Source: Kiritimatiellia bacterium (GTDB taxonomy: Bacteria > Verrucomicrobiota > Kiritimatiellia > RFP12 > UBA1067). Taken from it: DNA of 64,000 nucleotides. Both the position numbers and the translations under genes were made by a program. Below, in pieces: positions 25,415 to 34,939 of this stretch (within the stretch, counting starts at the first letter, position 1; every line of letters starts with the position of its first letter). The stretch covers positions 1,355 to 65,354 of the forward strand of contig JAQUCE010000011.1 in assembly GCA_028686345.1 (NCBI GenBank). The letters run 5' to 3'. The notes below the pieces were generated by a model. The model ran no database searches, was not told the DNA's origin, and worked only from the letters and a program-made list of their open reading frames with translations.

Positions 25415-26128
25415 GTGAACCACGCTGAACATAAATTAACAGTCAAGAACGTGCATGTGCATTACGGTGCGGTATGCGCGCTGCGCGATATCAGCTTTGA
25501 GATCTCCTGTGGCAGCGCACTGGCGCTGATCGGAGCCAATGGCTCTGGCAAAAGCACGCTGCTAAAAACCATTATCGGGCTTGTAACCGCACAGCAAGGC
25601 GAGGTTCTCTGGTGCGGCAACCGGGTGACGCGTCACCGCTATGAGATCGCCTACCTGCCGCAGAAAGAGGATATTGACTGGAACTTTCCACTGAGTGTGC
25701 GCGCCCTGGTTGAGATGGGGCGCTACTCGCGTCTGGGCTCATTCAAACCCTTTGCCGCGCATGATCACGCAATTGTTGATCAGGCGCTGGAAGAGATGCA
25801 GGTCACGCAGCTGGGCAAAAGACAGATTAACTCGCTCTCCGGCGGGCAGCAGCAGCGGGTCTTTATCGCTCGGGCACTGGCGCAGGAGCCGCATGTGCTG
25901 TTGCTGGACGAGCCCTTGAATGGTCTCGACCGCCCCTCGCGCGAAACACTCGCGGGACTGATGCGAAATTTGGTGAGTAAAGGCAAACTGATCATCGCCG
26001 CGCACCACGATATTGCCGAGACCGCGGGGATCTTCGACTCGGTTCTGTTGCTCAAGCGCCATGTTGTGGCCTATGGGGCGGTGGCCGAGGTCTTGACACC
26101 TGAAAATTTAACCCGAGTTTTCTCATGA
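25415..26128 (+). CDS. znuC: Metal ABC transporter ATP-binding protein (ZnuC-like)
   Basis: Walker A GANGSGKSTLLK, ABC signature LSGGQQQRV, Walker B LLLDEP. Confidence 0.8.
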   Translation: MNHAEHKLTVKNVHVHYGAVCALRDISFEISCGSALALIGANGSGKSTLLKTIIGLVTAQQGEVLWCGNRVTRHRYEIAYLPQKEDIDWNFPLSVRALVEMGRYSRLGSFKPFAAHDHAIVDQALEEMQVTQLGKRQINSLSGGQQQRVFIARALAQEPHVLLLDEPLNGLDRPSRETLAGLMRNLVSKGKLIIAAHHDIAETAGIFDSVLLLKRHVVAYGAVAEVLTPENLTRVFS

Positions 26129-26979
26129 TTGCGGATATTGTCGATGTTCTGAGCTACAGTTTCAACCAGCGGGCGCTGCTAGCCGCGGCCATGATCGGCT
26201 TTCTAAACGGCTTCTTCGGTGCCTACATTGTCCTGCGCAAAGCCTCTCTTTTCGCGGGCGCACTCTCGCACACCCTCTTTCCAGGCATCGCTCTGGCCGC
26301 TCTGATCAGCGGGATCAACCCCTTGAGCGCGCTGATCGGATCGGTCTTTACCGCCCTGGTTGTCGGGGTGGGAGCGCAGCGTCTCTCCCGGCTGACCCGC
26401 GTTGATATCAACACCGTACTGGCCATCCTCTGGACCACCGCCTTTGCCGGCGGATTGCTGCTCCTCAAATCGTTGAATCAGTACGTGAATATCGAGCACT
26501 ATCTCTTTGGCGACATTCTCAGTGTCTCCAATTTTGACATCTGGTTTATTCTGATTGTCGGCTACCTGGCGGCATCCATCATCATTCTCCTGCAGCGCAA
26601 GATCATCATTATGGCGTTCTCCACTGATGGGGCCACGGCCCAGGGGATCGATGTCCGCACCCTTGACTATCTGATGGCAGGCGTTCTGGTAATCGTGATG
26701 ATCACCTCGCTGCAGGCAGTCGGCACCATTCTGACACTTGGACTGCTGGTCGCCCCCTCGGCCATCATCTCCCTCTTTGTCAACTCGCCGCGCCGCATGC
26801 TCTGGGGCGGCGGGGTGCTGGGCGGGGTGCTGGCCTCAGCTTGCATCTTTCTCTCCAACATCTTTAATATCCAAACCGGCGCACTGATTGTGCTGCTGCT
26901 GGGCGGTGTGTTTTTAGGCGCGGCCCTGTTCAAAACAGCGTTCACCTTGCGTGACCATACAAAACAATGCGAGACATAG
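26125..26979 (+). CDS. znuB: Metal ABC transporter permease (ZnuB-like)
   Basis: 284-aa polytopic membrane protein. The 4-nt overlap with znuC indicates translational coupling. Confidence 0.8.
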   Translation: MIADIVDVLSYSFNQRALLAAAMIGFLNGFFGAYIVLRKASLFAGALSHTLFPGIALAALISGINPLSALIGSVFTALVVGVGAQRLSRLTRVDINTVLAILWTTAFAGGLLLLKSLNQYVNIEHYLFGDILSVSNFDIWFILIVGYLAASIIILLQRKIIIMAFSTDGATAQGIDVRTLDYLMAGVLVIVMITSLQAVGTILTLGLLVAPSAIISLFVNSPRRMLWGGGVLGGVLASACIFLSNIFNIQTGALIVLLLGGVFLGAALFKTAFTLRDHTKQCET

Positions 26980-26989
26980 AGAGTAGCGG

Positions 26990-27075
26990 AGCTCTTCGCC
27001 ACTCTGGGAACTCTGTGACTCTGTGAGAGATAAATTGGGTTGCGGCTATGCTATGCTGTGCTGTGTTTTTTTAAG
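26990..27075. repeat. Intergenic repeat module downstream of znuB, the inverted partner of 25216-25262
   Basis: ctctgtgagagataaattgggttgcggctatgctatgctgtgctg. Confidence 0.5.
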
Positions 27076-27083
27076 GAGAAATT

Positions 27084-29741
27084 ATGAAGCGAATATTATG
27101 CTTAGTGCTCGGAATGACAGCTGGTCTCTGCCTAGGGGCAGAGCTTGAGACACTGGTTGACTTCACGCAAGCTGATCATGGTTGGCGCGGTAATCACTTC
27201 ACACGGGTGGTAGAACCAAAGAGCCCCATGACCGTGGAACTGATTGGCGAAGATCCGTGGATCGAGGGGCCGGCCATAGCTGTATCCTCTTCCGCTGATG
27301 CCAAAAAACTTTTGCTAACACTCCACGCAGAGTCGCCTCGTGATGGAGCCTGCCAGCTCTTTTACGCCGCGCCGGGCCAGCACTTTTCGGAGGGCGCGGC
27401 AGTATACTTACGTCAGCTCCCTGAATCGCGCTCAACCTATCAAGGCATCATTCCGTTGGTCACCGACACCTTGCGCTTCCGTATTGATCCGCCTGGCAGC
27501 TCAGGCATTTTCACCCTGCGCTCCCTCCAAGCACTGCCCCTGACTCCACTGACAGCACTGCCATTTACTGGGCCGTCACCTGTCTTGCTCTCGGAGCTTG
27601 CGCCCATGATTGAGGCGGGCAACACCAAGGTGATCCATGATGCCACCCGCTGGAATACATTCGCGGTTTTCATCAATGGCCACAAGATGGCTGAATCCAA
27701 TCCAGCGGAGAGCGTGGTTTATTGGGACAATCAGCAGGCCATGACTGTGTTGCTCTCTGAAACAACTGTTGAGCAACGCGCCGACGGATTCACCGTAAGC
27801 GCCCGCGGCCAGGATCAAGGGGGAGCCCTGTGGCAAATCTCCCGTGTTTTCACTGTTGACCGCAATGCCGTGCGCATAGAGACTACGCTCTCTGTGAGTG
27901 AGCCCCGTCAGGTTGTCCACCTGCCATGGCTGACTCTCTTTGCCGGAGTCGGCTCCTTTGGCGAATCAAAGAGCCAGGCACTGCTGCCCGGCGTGGAGTA
28001 TCTTGCCAACGAGCCCTCCAGCAACGAGAAAGAGATTCGCGGCACGGCGGCCAACCGGCGGATCACAGCAGCCTACAAGAGCTGCTTTCCCATGATGGCG
28101 ATCGCCGCTGACGGGCACTGGCTGGCGGTTGACTGGCAGCAGGGCGAGCTGCCGGCTTCGCCGCTCTTCGACTCCCCTGACCGCCTGTTCCACTCCGGCG
28201 GCCATGTGTTCGGACTCTGGTCGCCCGCGGTTGGCGAGCATCGTTTTGAGGGCGAGACAGCTGTCTACGGGAGCATCCACCTGGCAGCTGGCCACCCATA
28301 CCACTGTGCCGCAGCGGTGCGCGGCGGCCAGGGCGATGTTGTAACCGAGGCGATCGGCGGTTATGTGGCGCGCTTTGGCTTGCCGCCTCTGCCAGAGTAC
28401 ACACCCGGGTTTGAGGGCGCGGTGCGACTGCTGGCAGGGGGCTGGCTCGATTCATCGGCGCGCCACAACACAAAGTGGAGGCATGCGGTGTGGGGCGAAG
28501 CCTTCCCGTCAGCGCTCGCAGAGGATGTTCCCGCCTATCTGCTGTGGCTGGCGGCTCATGCGCCGGAGGCGGCTCTCAAACAGCGGCTGCAAGCGAGCGC
28601 GCGCGAGGTGATCGCGGCGCTGCCCCCGGGGAATCCCGGCATCAACGGCGTCTCGCATGTCAACCGCATCACCGGCGCCCTGCTTTACGGCGGCCTGGAA
28701 CGGCTGGTGGCCGGAGCGGCTGGACGGGTCAAAGCGCGCGCAGCGCAACTCGCACAAACCGGAGGTGTCGCGCGTTACACCGCAACCCCTGGCAAGCCTG
28801 ACTATGCCTCCACTCTGGGAAGTGACCACTGCAACGGATTCACGGCCATGTCGGTGGAGAAGCTGATGCAGGACGCAAGCCTGACCGGCGATCAAACGGC
28901 GATTGCCGCGGCCTTGTCAGCCCTGGATCAAATGACCGCTCACTATGCCGGAGAGGTTCCGCGCGGTGCCCAACCTTGGGAAATGCCGCTGCACACGCCG
29001 GATATCGTGGCAGCGGCGCGCCTGCTCCGCTGCTATGTCCTGGGCTACCAGCTGAGCAACAACACGCGCTATCTGGAACAAGCCCGCTACTGGGCATGGA
29101 GCGGGGTGTCAATGGTTTACCTCGCCCCTCCGACCGCTGGCCCGGTGGGGCTTTACGGGACAATCGGTGTGATTGGCGCCACCAACTGGCACTCCCCTAA
29201 CTGGATTGGGCAGCCAGTGCAGTGGTGCGGTTTGGTCTACCGCTCGGCACTGGCTGATCTGGCGCGGGTTGACGCCGCGCAGGGCGCTCTCTGGCAGCAA
29301 TTGGCGGGTGGCATCACAATCAGCGGCTTACAAATGTGTTTTCCATTGGATGACCCTGAGCAGCGCGGCGGCTTGCTGCCCGACTATTTTTTGTTACAGG
29401 CGCAAAAACGCGATGGACCGGCCATCAACCCAGGGACGCTGCAAGCCCACTTGGCGGAGGCGTATGGCAAGACCCCCATGTACACCCTGACGCGTCTCGC
29501 CAACGGAGTGCTGGTGCATGCGCCCGGCACAGTGGTTCAAGAGCAAGAGGCCGAGACTAGCACTAGGATTACCATCACAGCCTGGCCCGAAGAGGAGTAT
29601 CGCATTTTAATCACAGGCATTGCCGGGCCGCCAGCTAAGATAATGTGGAACAACGCGCCTGTTGCACCCCGCTTTTTAAACGAGGCTTGCGCGATGATTG
29701 TTCCTCTAAAAGGATGCGGCACGCTGGAGCTAGAACAGTAG
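27084..29741 (+). CDS. Large secreted hypothetical protein (885 aa), no domain recognised
   Basis: Strong RBS (aaGGAGaaattATG), signal peptide MKRILCLVLGMTAGLCLGA, and a long uninterrupted high-GC ORF. Confidence 0.6.
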   Translation: MKRILCLVLGMTAGLCLGAELETLVDFTQADHGWRGNHFTRVVEPKSPMTVELIGEDPWIEGPAIAVSSSADAKKLLLTLHAESPRDGACQLFYAAPGQHFSEGAAVYLRQLPESRSTYQGIIPLVTDTLRFRIDPPGSSGIFTLRSLQALPLTPLTALPFTGPSPVLLSELAPMIEAGNTKVIHDATRWNTFAVFINGHKMAESNPAESVVYWDNQQAMTVLLSETTVEQRADGFTVSARGQDQGGALWQISRVFTVDRNAVRIETTLSVSEPRQVVHLPWLTLFAGVGSFGESKSQALLPGVEYLANEPSSNEKEIRGTAANRRITAAYKSCFPMMAIAADGHWLAVDWQQGELPASPLFDSPDRLFHSGGHVFGLWSPAVGEHRFEGETAVYGSIHLAAGHPYHCAAAVRGGQGDVVTEAIGGYVARFGLPPLPEYTPGFEGAVRLLAGGWLDSSARHNTKWRHAVWGEAFPSALAEDVPAYLLWLAAHAPEAALKQRLQASAREVIAALPPGNPGINGVSHVNRITGALLYGGLERLVAGAAGRVKARAAQLAQTGGVARYTATPGKPDYASTLGSDHCNGFTAMSVEKLMQDASLTGDQTAIAAALSALDQMTAHYAGEVPRGAQPWEMPLHTPDIVAAARLLRCYVLGYQLSNNTRYLEQARYWAWSGVSMVYLAPPTAGPVGLYGTIGVIGATNWHSPNWIGQPVQWCGLVYRSALADLARVDAAQGALWQQLAGGITISGLQMCFPLDDPEQRGGLLPDYFLLQAQKRDGPAINPGTLQAHLAEAYGKTPMYTLTRLANGVLVHAPGTVVQEQEAETSTRITITAWPEEEYRILITGIAGPPAKIMWNNAPVAPRFLNEACAMIVPLKGCGTLELEQ

Positions 29742-29749
29742 TTTCAGTG

Positions 29750-31245
29750 CACAGCTAAAGCAGCTAGTCGGGCCACCAAAAGAATTTGTGTGGTGTGCGG
29801 AAAGTCCTCGCTCTCATTCAGAAGTTTGTGATTGAGAGCCCGCTGCTACAGTAACAAACGCTGCGCGGTTGGGGAAACGAAGACAAATTTTCAAGAACCA
29901 ATCAGAGAACAAAGAGCACGCTTCCGGCTCCGAGCTTCGCTTTTACGCCGTGACAGGGAAGCGTGAACAACAAACGGCTGCTACGTAAGGTTTGTTGTTC
30001 AGCCTTTCCGTGTCCGGCGTAAAAGCGAAGCGCGAAGACGGAAGGCTGCTCCAAAGCGGATTATTGAGACGTTACTGTAAAAGTGATAATGGAGTAGTGC
30101 AAGCATCTTGCTTGCAGAAAACATTTTCATTCAAGCTATAGGTGTTTAGGCTGTAGGGGTTTAGGGTTCCTAATCACAATCCTAATCGTAATCCTCGTCT
30201 CTTTCGGCAGACGATGCTGTGCGACGATGTTGACCGACGATTGGGATCATGCGTGGGCTCGTCCACCAACATCGTCGGCACTATCGTCAACCAAAGGCGA
30301 AGCCGATATCCAGTAGGTCCGGTTTCCAACCGGACATCTTTGATTGAAAATCGGAGCTACGTTTTTGCGGCTATTACTTCTCTCTTTTACTGCGCTATAT
30401 TTAGCCGCAAAAAAGCGCAAAAGGCGCAAAATCTTCCCCAACCTTTTTTAACTACGAAACACACGGAAAACACGAAAGGGGGTACGCTTTGTAGGGGTTT
30501 CTCACAGAGGCTCAGAGAACACAGAGCGCAAAGTATGTTACTCTGAGAACTCTGCATGGCACGCCGTAGCCTTGGCGTAGGAGGGTGCCTCTGTGAGAGA
30601 TAAAAAAATTGGTTGCGGCTATGCTGCGCTAGGTTCCTTGTGGTTTCAAAAATTAAAGTGCAACCATTTTGACCCCCTATGTCCAGTGATCTGTCATTCG
30701 CGTGTCGCCCGCATAGCGGACGACTTCCTCCTCCGCGTCTTGTCAAATGGAGTAGGCGCGGAAGGAGGTCAGTCGCTATGCGGCTGACTATACCGCGCAC
30801 CTGATGGCTCGAATGTCACCCGCAGTCGCCCACGACTTCCTTGCTTCGCGCCTACCGTGCAACCTGCAAGCTTCATGACAGTGGAAACGTGTAGGGTTGG
30901 CGGCCCTTGTCCGGCATAGTTCCGCCATGCCACGGCGTAGCCCCGCTTGCGGGCAAAGCCGGGTTGCGGGCAAAGCCGGGTTGCGGGACGACGACGGATG
31001 AGCCAAACAAAGATTATGAAACCCCATGGCGCGCCTTTGACGAACAAGCGCCGGGCATACGCTAATTGCTTCTGAGAAGCAACCCTACACCCCATGGCGC
31101 GCCTTTCACATGCCTGTGCAGTGCCGCTGGTAGAGCGGCTGCTACACCGAACGATAACCCTTGCATTCCGCAGTGCAGCGCATGTGCGGTAGTCGCTCTG
31201 CCAGTGACATTGGTTGGTCATAATAATTATCACTGTTTGACAGCC
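29750..31245. repeat. About 1.5-kb compound block of stacked intergenic repeat modules with no convincing coding gene
   Basis: It contains the 29915-30050 long imperfect palindrome (gcttcgcttttacgccg..gaacaacaaac / gtttgttgttc..cggcgtaaaagcgaagc), the TGCAAGCATCTTGCTTGCA palindrome (30088-30106), gcgacgatgttgaccgacgattgggatcatgcg..gctcgtccaccaacatcgtcg (30225-30285), ccagtaggtccggtttccaaccggacatc, the inverted copy of 20780-20950, the ctctgtgagagataaa..ggttgcggctatgctgcgctagg module, the inverted cactggacat...gcactttaa module, the tandem gcaaagccgggttgcggg pair, and the ccgctggtagagcggctgctacaccgaacga module. All ORFs here are inside multi-copy DNA. Confidence 0.6.
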
Positions 31246-31248
31246 TGC

Positions 31249-32370
31249 TCACAGCACCCGCTGTATGCCAACCGGAACTGATGCCGGACGCGGGGGAACG
31301 CCGGTTGTATGGCAGTCAGCACACTGCAGCCGATGGATGTTATGCTGGCTGGTGCGGGAGCGGTAGGTGGTGTCCATGGCCATGACATCCTGATTGCAGG
31401 AGGTAAAGCGGGGATGACAGGTGACACAACTCCCGCGCGTATCGTTGGAATGCGGCTTGTGACAGGCAGCACAGCTGATCCCCTCATGCACACCGATCGG
31501 TGTACGGTCGTCGCAGCTACCAGCGTGACCATGGGAGTTGGGTGCATGACACTGCATGCACAGGCGCTGACGCGGGTCGCTTGAAACCGTAACCAGACGC
31601 TCCCCGTCAACAATGCGCGGTATGCTTAGCCCGTCAATCGGCAAGGCGCATTTTTCCTGACGCACATAGAATGCAAGCACATCACGGCGGAGTGACGGAG
31701 CATTGGTTGCGCCAACGTCAGTTGTCTGCGCGGGTTCCCGGCTCCGCTGGTACGGCGACCCCTGTGCGTGCAAATTGTGGCACGCCTGACACGGTATGGT
31801 GGGCTGGAGAGCCATCGCCGGATTCACCAACTGCCACGGTCCGGTAATATTCAGCGGTGTGACAATATCTTTGATCCGGTTCTCATTAAACATCGCGTGA
31901 CACCGCAGGCAATCTTCCGCCATCTGCTCAGCCTGATTATGCTTTTCATCCAGGAATATACCGGCATAGTTGATGCCATGTCCGCCGCTTTGCCAGTGAG
32001 CAAACTCCTTGGCGTGGCAGCTCTGGCAGTTATTCATCACCCGCAGGTTCTGTTCCTCGGTCAATCGGATCTCATCATGCCGCTGGTCAGCAAGGTGATA
32101 AAAGATGCGTTTGGTGTTCTCCTTTAAGGCGTGCCAGGAGTCAGCTGAGCCGCCATGACAATCTTTACAGGAGACATTGCGATGCGCAGAGTTGGTCCAG
32201 CTCATGTATGACCCATTCATCTCATGACAGGAGACGCATGTTTTCTCTGCCGGAGTAAACTCAAAATAACCCACTCCTCCCAGAAATGAACAGACCAGAA
32301 AAACAGTCATGAGTGCCAGCGGCAGAATATACCAAGCTCGCTCTCTTCGATTTTCACTCATCTCTTTCAT
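31249..32370 (-). CDS. Membrane-anchored multihaem c-type cytochrome (9 CxxCH motifs; NapC/NirT/NrfH-like N-terminal module extended to a nonahaem), cytochrome subunit of the adjacent flavoprotein dehydrogenase
   Basis: N-terminal TM helix (WYILPLALMTVFLVCSFLGG). Haem motifs CVSCH, CKDCH, CQSCH, CLRCH, CQACH, CMQCH, CAACH, CVTCH, CADCH. Confidence 0.8.
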   Translation of the reverse strand: MKEMSENRRERAWYILPLALMTVFLVCSFLGGVGYFEFTPAEKTCVSCHEMNGSYMSWTNSAHRNVSCKDCHGGSADSWHALKENTKRIFYHLADQRHDEIRLTEEQNLRVMNNCQSCHAKEFAHWQSGGHGINYAGIFLDEKHNQAEQMAEDCLRCHAMFNENRIKDIVTPLNITGPWQLVNPAMALQPTIPCQACHNLHAQGSPYQRSREPAQTTDVGATNAPSLRRDVLAFYVRQEKCALPIDGLSIPRIVDGERLVTVSSDPRQRLCMQCHAPNSHGHAGSCDDRTPIGVHEGISCAACHKPHSNDTRGSCVTCHPRFTSCNQDVMAMDTTYRSRTSQHNIHRLQCADCHTTGVPPRPASVPVGIQRVL

Positions 32371-32387
32371 CCATTAACCCTTCAATT

Positions 32388-34040
32388 TTAAGTACGGAAA
32401 CGCCCGCCGCCCCGCCACTCCCGCGCAATATACTCGCCGACCCAGAACCCCAATGCCATGATTGTTAGCACAGGGTTAAAACCGCCGTTGGCCACATTCA
32501 GACTGCCGTCTGCCACAAAGAGGTTATCAATTCCATGGAGCTGCCCATAGCGGTTGGTGACAGAGCTCTTGGGGTCATCACCCATCCGGCAGGTGCCAGC
32601 CTGGTGCTGACCACCGCCCGCCGAACGTCGGGAGGCGGGCGAAGGGGCGCTGCGCTGGATACTCTTGGCGCCGACCTCCTGCAGCAACTGCTCAGCCTTA
32701 CCGGCGATAAACTGCCCAATCTCCGCATCGTGCGGATGCTTGGTGCCTGAGGTGCGCAGCAGCGGGATGCCCCAGTAATCTCTCTTTTGCGGATCCAGCA
32801 TCACTCGGTTATCAAAAACCGGCATCTCCTGCACCGGCCCCACTACCCGGATAAAGTGTTTATACTGCTCCCGCTGAAACTTTTTGTGCGCGATCCCCCA
32901 GCGGGCTGCCCCGGCCGGGCGCTGATGTGTAAAGGAATAGGGCATGATGATAAAATCATTGGCCAGCATGCCGCCTCCATGCAGTCCGGGATTGCCATGA
33001 TTAAAGTCACAAAAAGCCACGCTCGCGCCTGGACCGGCCTCCTCATAGACCTGCTCATTCATCAAGCCAAAGGCCCCCACATAGCAGTGCCCCTGGAGGT
33101 TACGCCCCACCCAGTCGTTATTATTTCCAGCCCCGCCGGGAAAGAGCTTTGACTTGGAGCTGAGCAGGATTCGCGCTGTCCCGCTGGCACTGGCTGAGAG
33201 CACCACCAGATCGGCGCTCTGCTCCTGCAAGCGGTCATTGATATCAAAATATTTGACACCGCTGGCACGCCCCTGATCGTCAACCATCACTTCACTCACA
33301 ACCGCATCGGTGCGCAACTCACACAATCCAGTTGCCAAGGCAGCGGGAATGACCGTATTCTGCGTGCCACACTTGGCATTAACCGGGCAGGCATAGCCGC
33401 AGCAAGTACGCATATGAATGCACTGAGGCCGCCCTCCATACGGAATGGAGTTCCTGAGCATGGGAATTGGAAATGGATGCCAACCCAGCCGCTGCATACC
33501 GGGAATCAGTAGCTGCGCCTCACGGTCGTAAGGAAATGCCGGCATGGGCCGCGACCGCGCGCGCTGGCCAGCAAAGGGATTGGCTGTATCGTCGCCCGCC
33601 ACACCCACCTCCCACTCAGCACGATCATAGCAATGCTCCAAATCTTCGTAAGAAATTGGCCAGTCATCCAGGGTCGATCCATCCAGCGCGCCATAAATCG
33701 ATTTCATCCGGAAATCCTGCGGCATAAACCGCCAGGCCTGCGCCCCGTAAGTCACTGTGCCGCTGCCGACGCACGCCACGTTGTTGGGGGTCACCACTCC
33801 ATAGCTGCCATTATCAAATTCATGCGCCTTGCGCGAGGGCTTATTCTCCGGCCCCGGCGCCCGGGTCAACTTGGGCGAGCGCTGCGAGATCAGCTCGTCA
33901 TCGCCGGTATCGTGAAAGTTCTGCCACCGACCCCGCTCCAGCAGCACGACCGACAAACCAGCCTCTGCAAGCACCTTTGCCACCACGCCGCCTCCGGCGC
34001 CGGCACCAACAACAATTGCGTTCACATGCTTATTGGACAT
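32388..34040 (-). CDS. GMC-family FAD-dependent oxidoreductase (gluconate 2-dehydrogenase flavoprotein subunit-like)
   Basis: N-terminal FAD Rossmann motif NAIVVGAGAGGGVVAKVLAEAGLSVVLLERG. 550 aa with a GMC-like C-terminal region. Confidence 0.8.
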   Translation of the reverse strand: MSNKHVNAIVVGAGAGGGVVAKVLAEAGLSVVLLERGRWQNFHDTGDDELISQRSPKLTRAPGPENKPSRKAHEFDNGSYGVVTPNNVACVGSGTVTYGAQAWRFMPQDFRMKSIYGALDGSTLDDWPISYEDLEHCYDRAEWEVGVAGDDTANPFAGQRARSRPMPAFPYDREAQLLIPGMQRLGWHPFPIPMLRNSIPYGGRPQCIHMRTCCGYACPVNAKCGTQNTVIPAALATGLCELRTDAVVSEVMVDDQGRASGVKYFDINDRLQEQSADLVVLSASASGTARILLSSKSKLFPGGAGNNNDWVGRNLQGHCYVGAFGLMNEQVYEEAGPGASVAFCDFNHGNPGLHGGGMLANDFIIMPYSFTHQRPAGAARWGIAHKKFQREQYKHFIRVVGPVQEMPVFDNRVMLDPQKRDYWGIPLLRTSGTKHPHDAEIGQFIAGKAEQLLQEVGAKSIQRSAPSPASRRSAGGGQHQAGTCRMGDDPKSSVTNRYGQLHGIDNLFVADGSLNVANGGFNPVLTIMALGFWVGEYIAREWRGGGRFRT

Positions 34041-34236
34041 CTGTCCTCCTCCTGGTTTTAATCACCTATACTCTAGAACGTGCTTTCTAAAAACATATTA
34101 TCAGAGGTCAATCTTTGTCCCAATCCTAATCTCAATCCTTATCTCTTTCAGCCAGCCACAGGCAGCCGTTGTTTGATTAAGATTGAGATTAGGAACCCTA
34201 ACGCATACAGCTAAAAACCTAAACCCCGACAGGGCG

Positions 34237-34854
34237 CTAGACGCTATCATAGCGGTTCTGTCCGATCACCCGCGGATACTCAAGGCCCATCATCCGATAA
34301 CTGACATAGTTTCTGTTACCGCCATGTTTAGGGCTGCCGTAATAACCCTGCATTGTGTGGTCGCAGACCATCCGGAAAAAGCCGGCCGCATCCTGATCCG
34401 ACCAGATTTTTTTAGAAGCCTTGCCCGACTCCAGAGCTTGCAGCACCCTTGTCTGCTCATCCCATTGCAATGCTTCGAAAACTCTTCCGAACATCTCCCT
34501 GCTCGTTTCCTCAATCCGTTTGAGCCCCGCGCGGTAGCTCTGCGTCTGCTCCCGATAAGGCCCGCTCAACTGCTGGTCAATAAAGTTGACCACGCCCGCC
34601 GCACTGGCGCCGCCAAACTCATCAGCCGGGATGATCTGCTCTGTTACCAGGTCAACCAGATCGGCCTCCGACTGCGTCAGCACCAGCCAGGGACCACTCG
34701 GTGGTGCTCCCAGCCGTCCCACCAGCTTAGCTCCGCCGACTCCAGCCGCCACGCCACCCGCGGCCGCAGCCAGGATCTTAAGGCAATCACGGCGCGACGA
34801 ACCTGCTTCTTTTTTACGCTTCATCTCGGGCTCCTTCGATTTGACGCTTCGCAT
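34237..34854 (-). CDS. Gluconate 2-dehydrogenase subunit-3-like small subunit with twin-arginine (Tat) signal
   Basis: Tat motif SSRRDCLKILAAAAGGVAAG. Length and position (first gene of a gamma - flavoprotein - cytochrome trio) match the GADH gamma subunit. The alternative start at 34824 is also possible. Confidence 0.65.
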   Translation of the reverse strand: MRSVKSKEPEMKRKKEAGSSRRDCLKILAAAAGGVAAGVGGAKLVGRLGAPPSGPWLVLTQSEADLVDLVTEQIIPADEFGGASAAGVVNFIDQQLSGPYREQTQSYRAGLKRIEETSREMFGRVFEALQWDEQTRVLQALESGKASKKIWSDQDAAGFFRMVCDHTMQGYYGSPKHGGNRNYVSYRMMGLEYPRVIGQNRYDSV

Positions 34855-34939
34855 CTATAAACTGCAAGATATGTATTAGATCGAGACATGACAATATGGT
34901 ATCATGTTTGAAGTTTCCTTAAAACCTCAAAAGGATATT

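Noticed and set aside
25739-26062. 107-aa and 91-aa minus-strand ORFs inside znuC
   Set aside because: They are antisense to a gene with complete Walker A, signature and Walker B motifs.
30214-31233. ORFs 30214..30546, 30387..30800 and 30769..31233 in the 1.5-kb gap
   Set aside because: All overlap each other on both strands inside the compound repeat block. There is no RBS, no domain signal, and strand-inconsistent overlaps.
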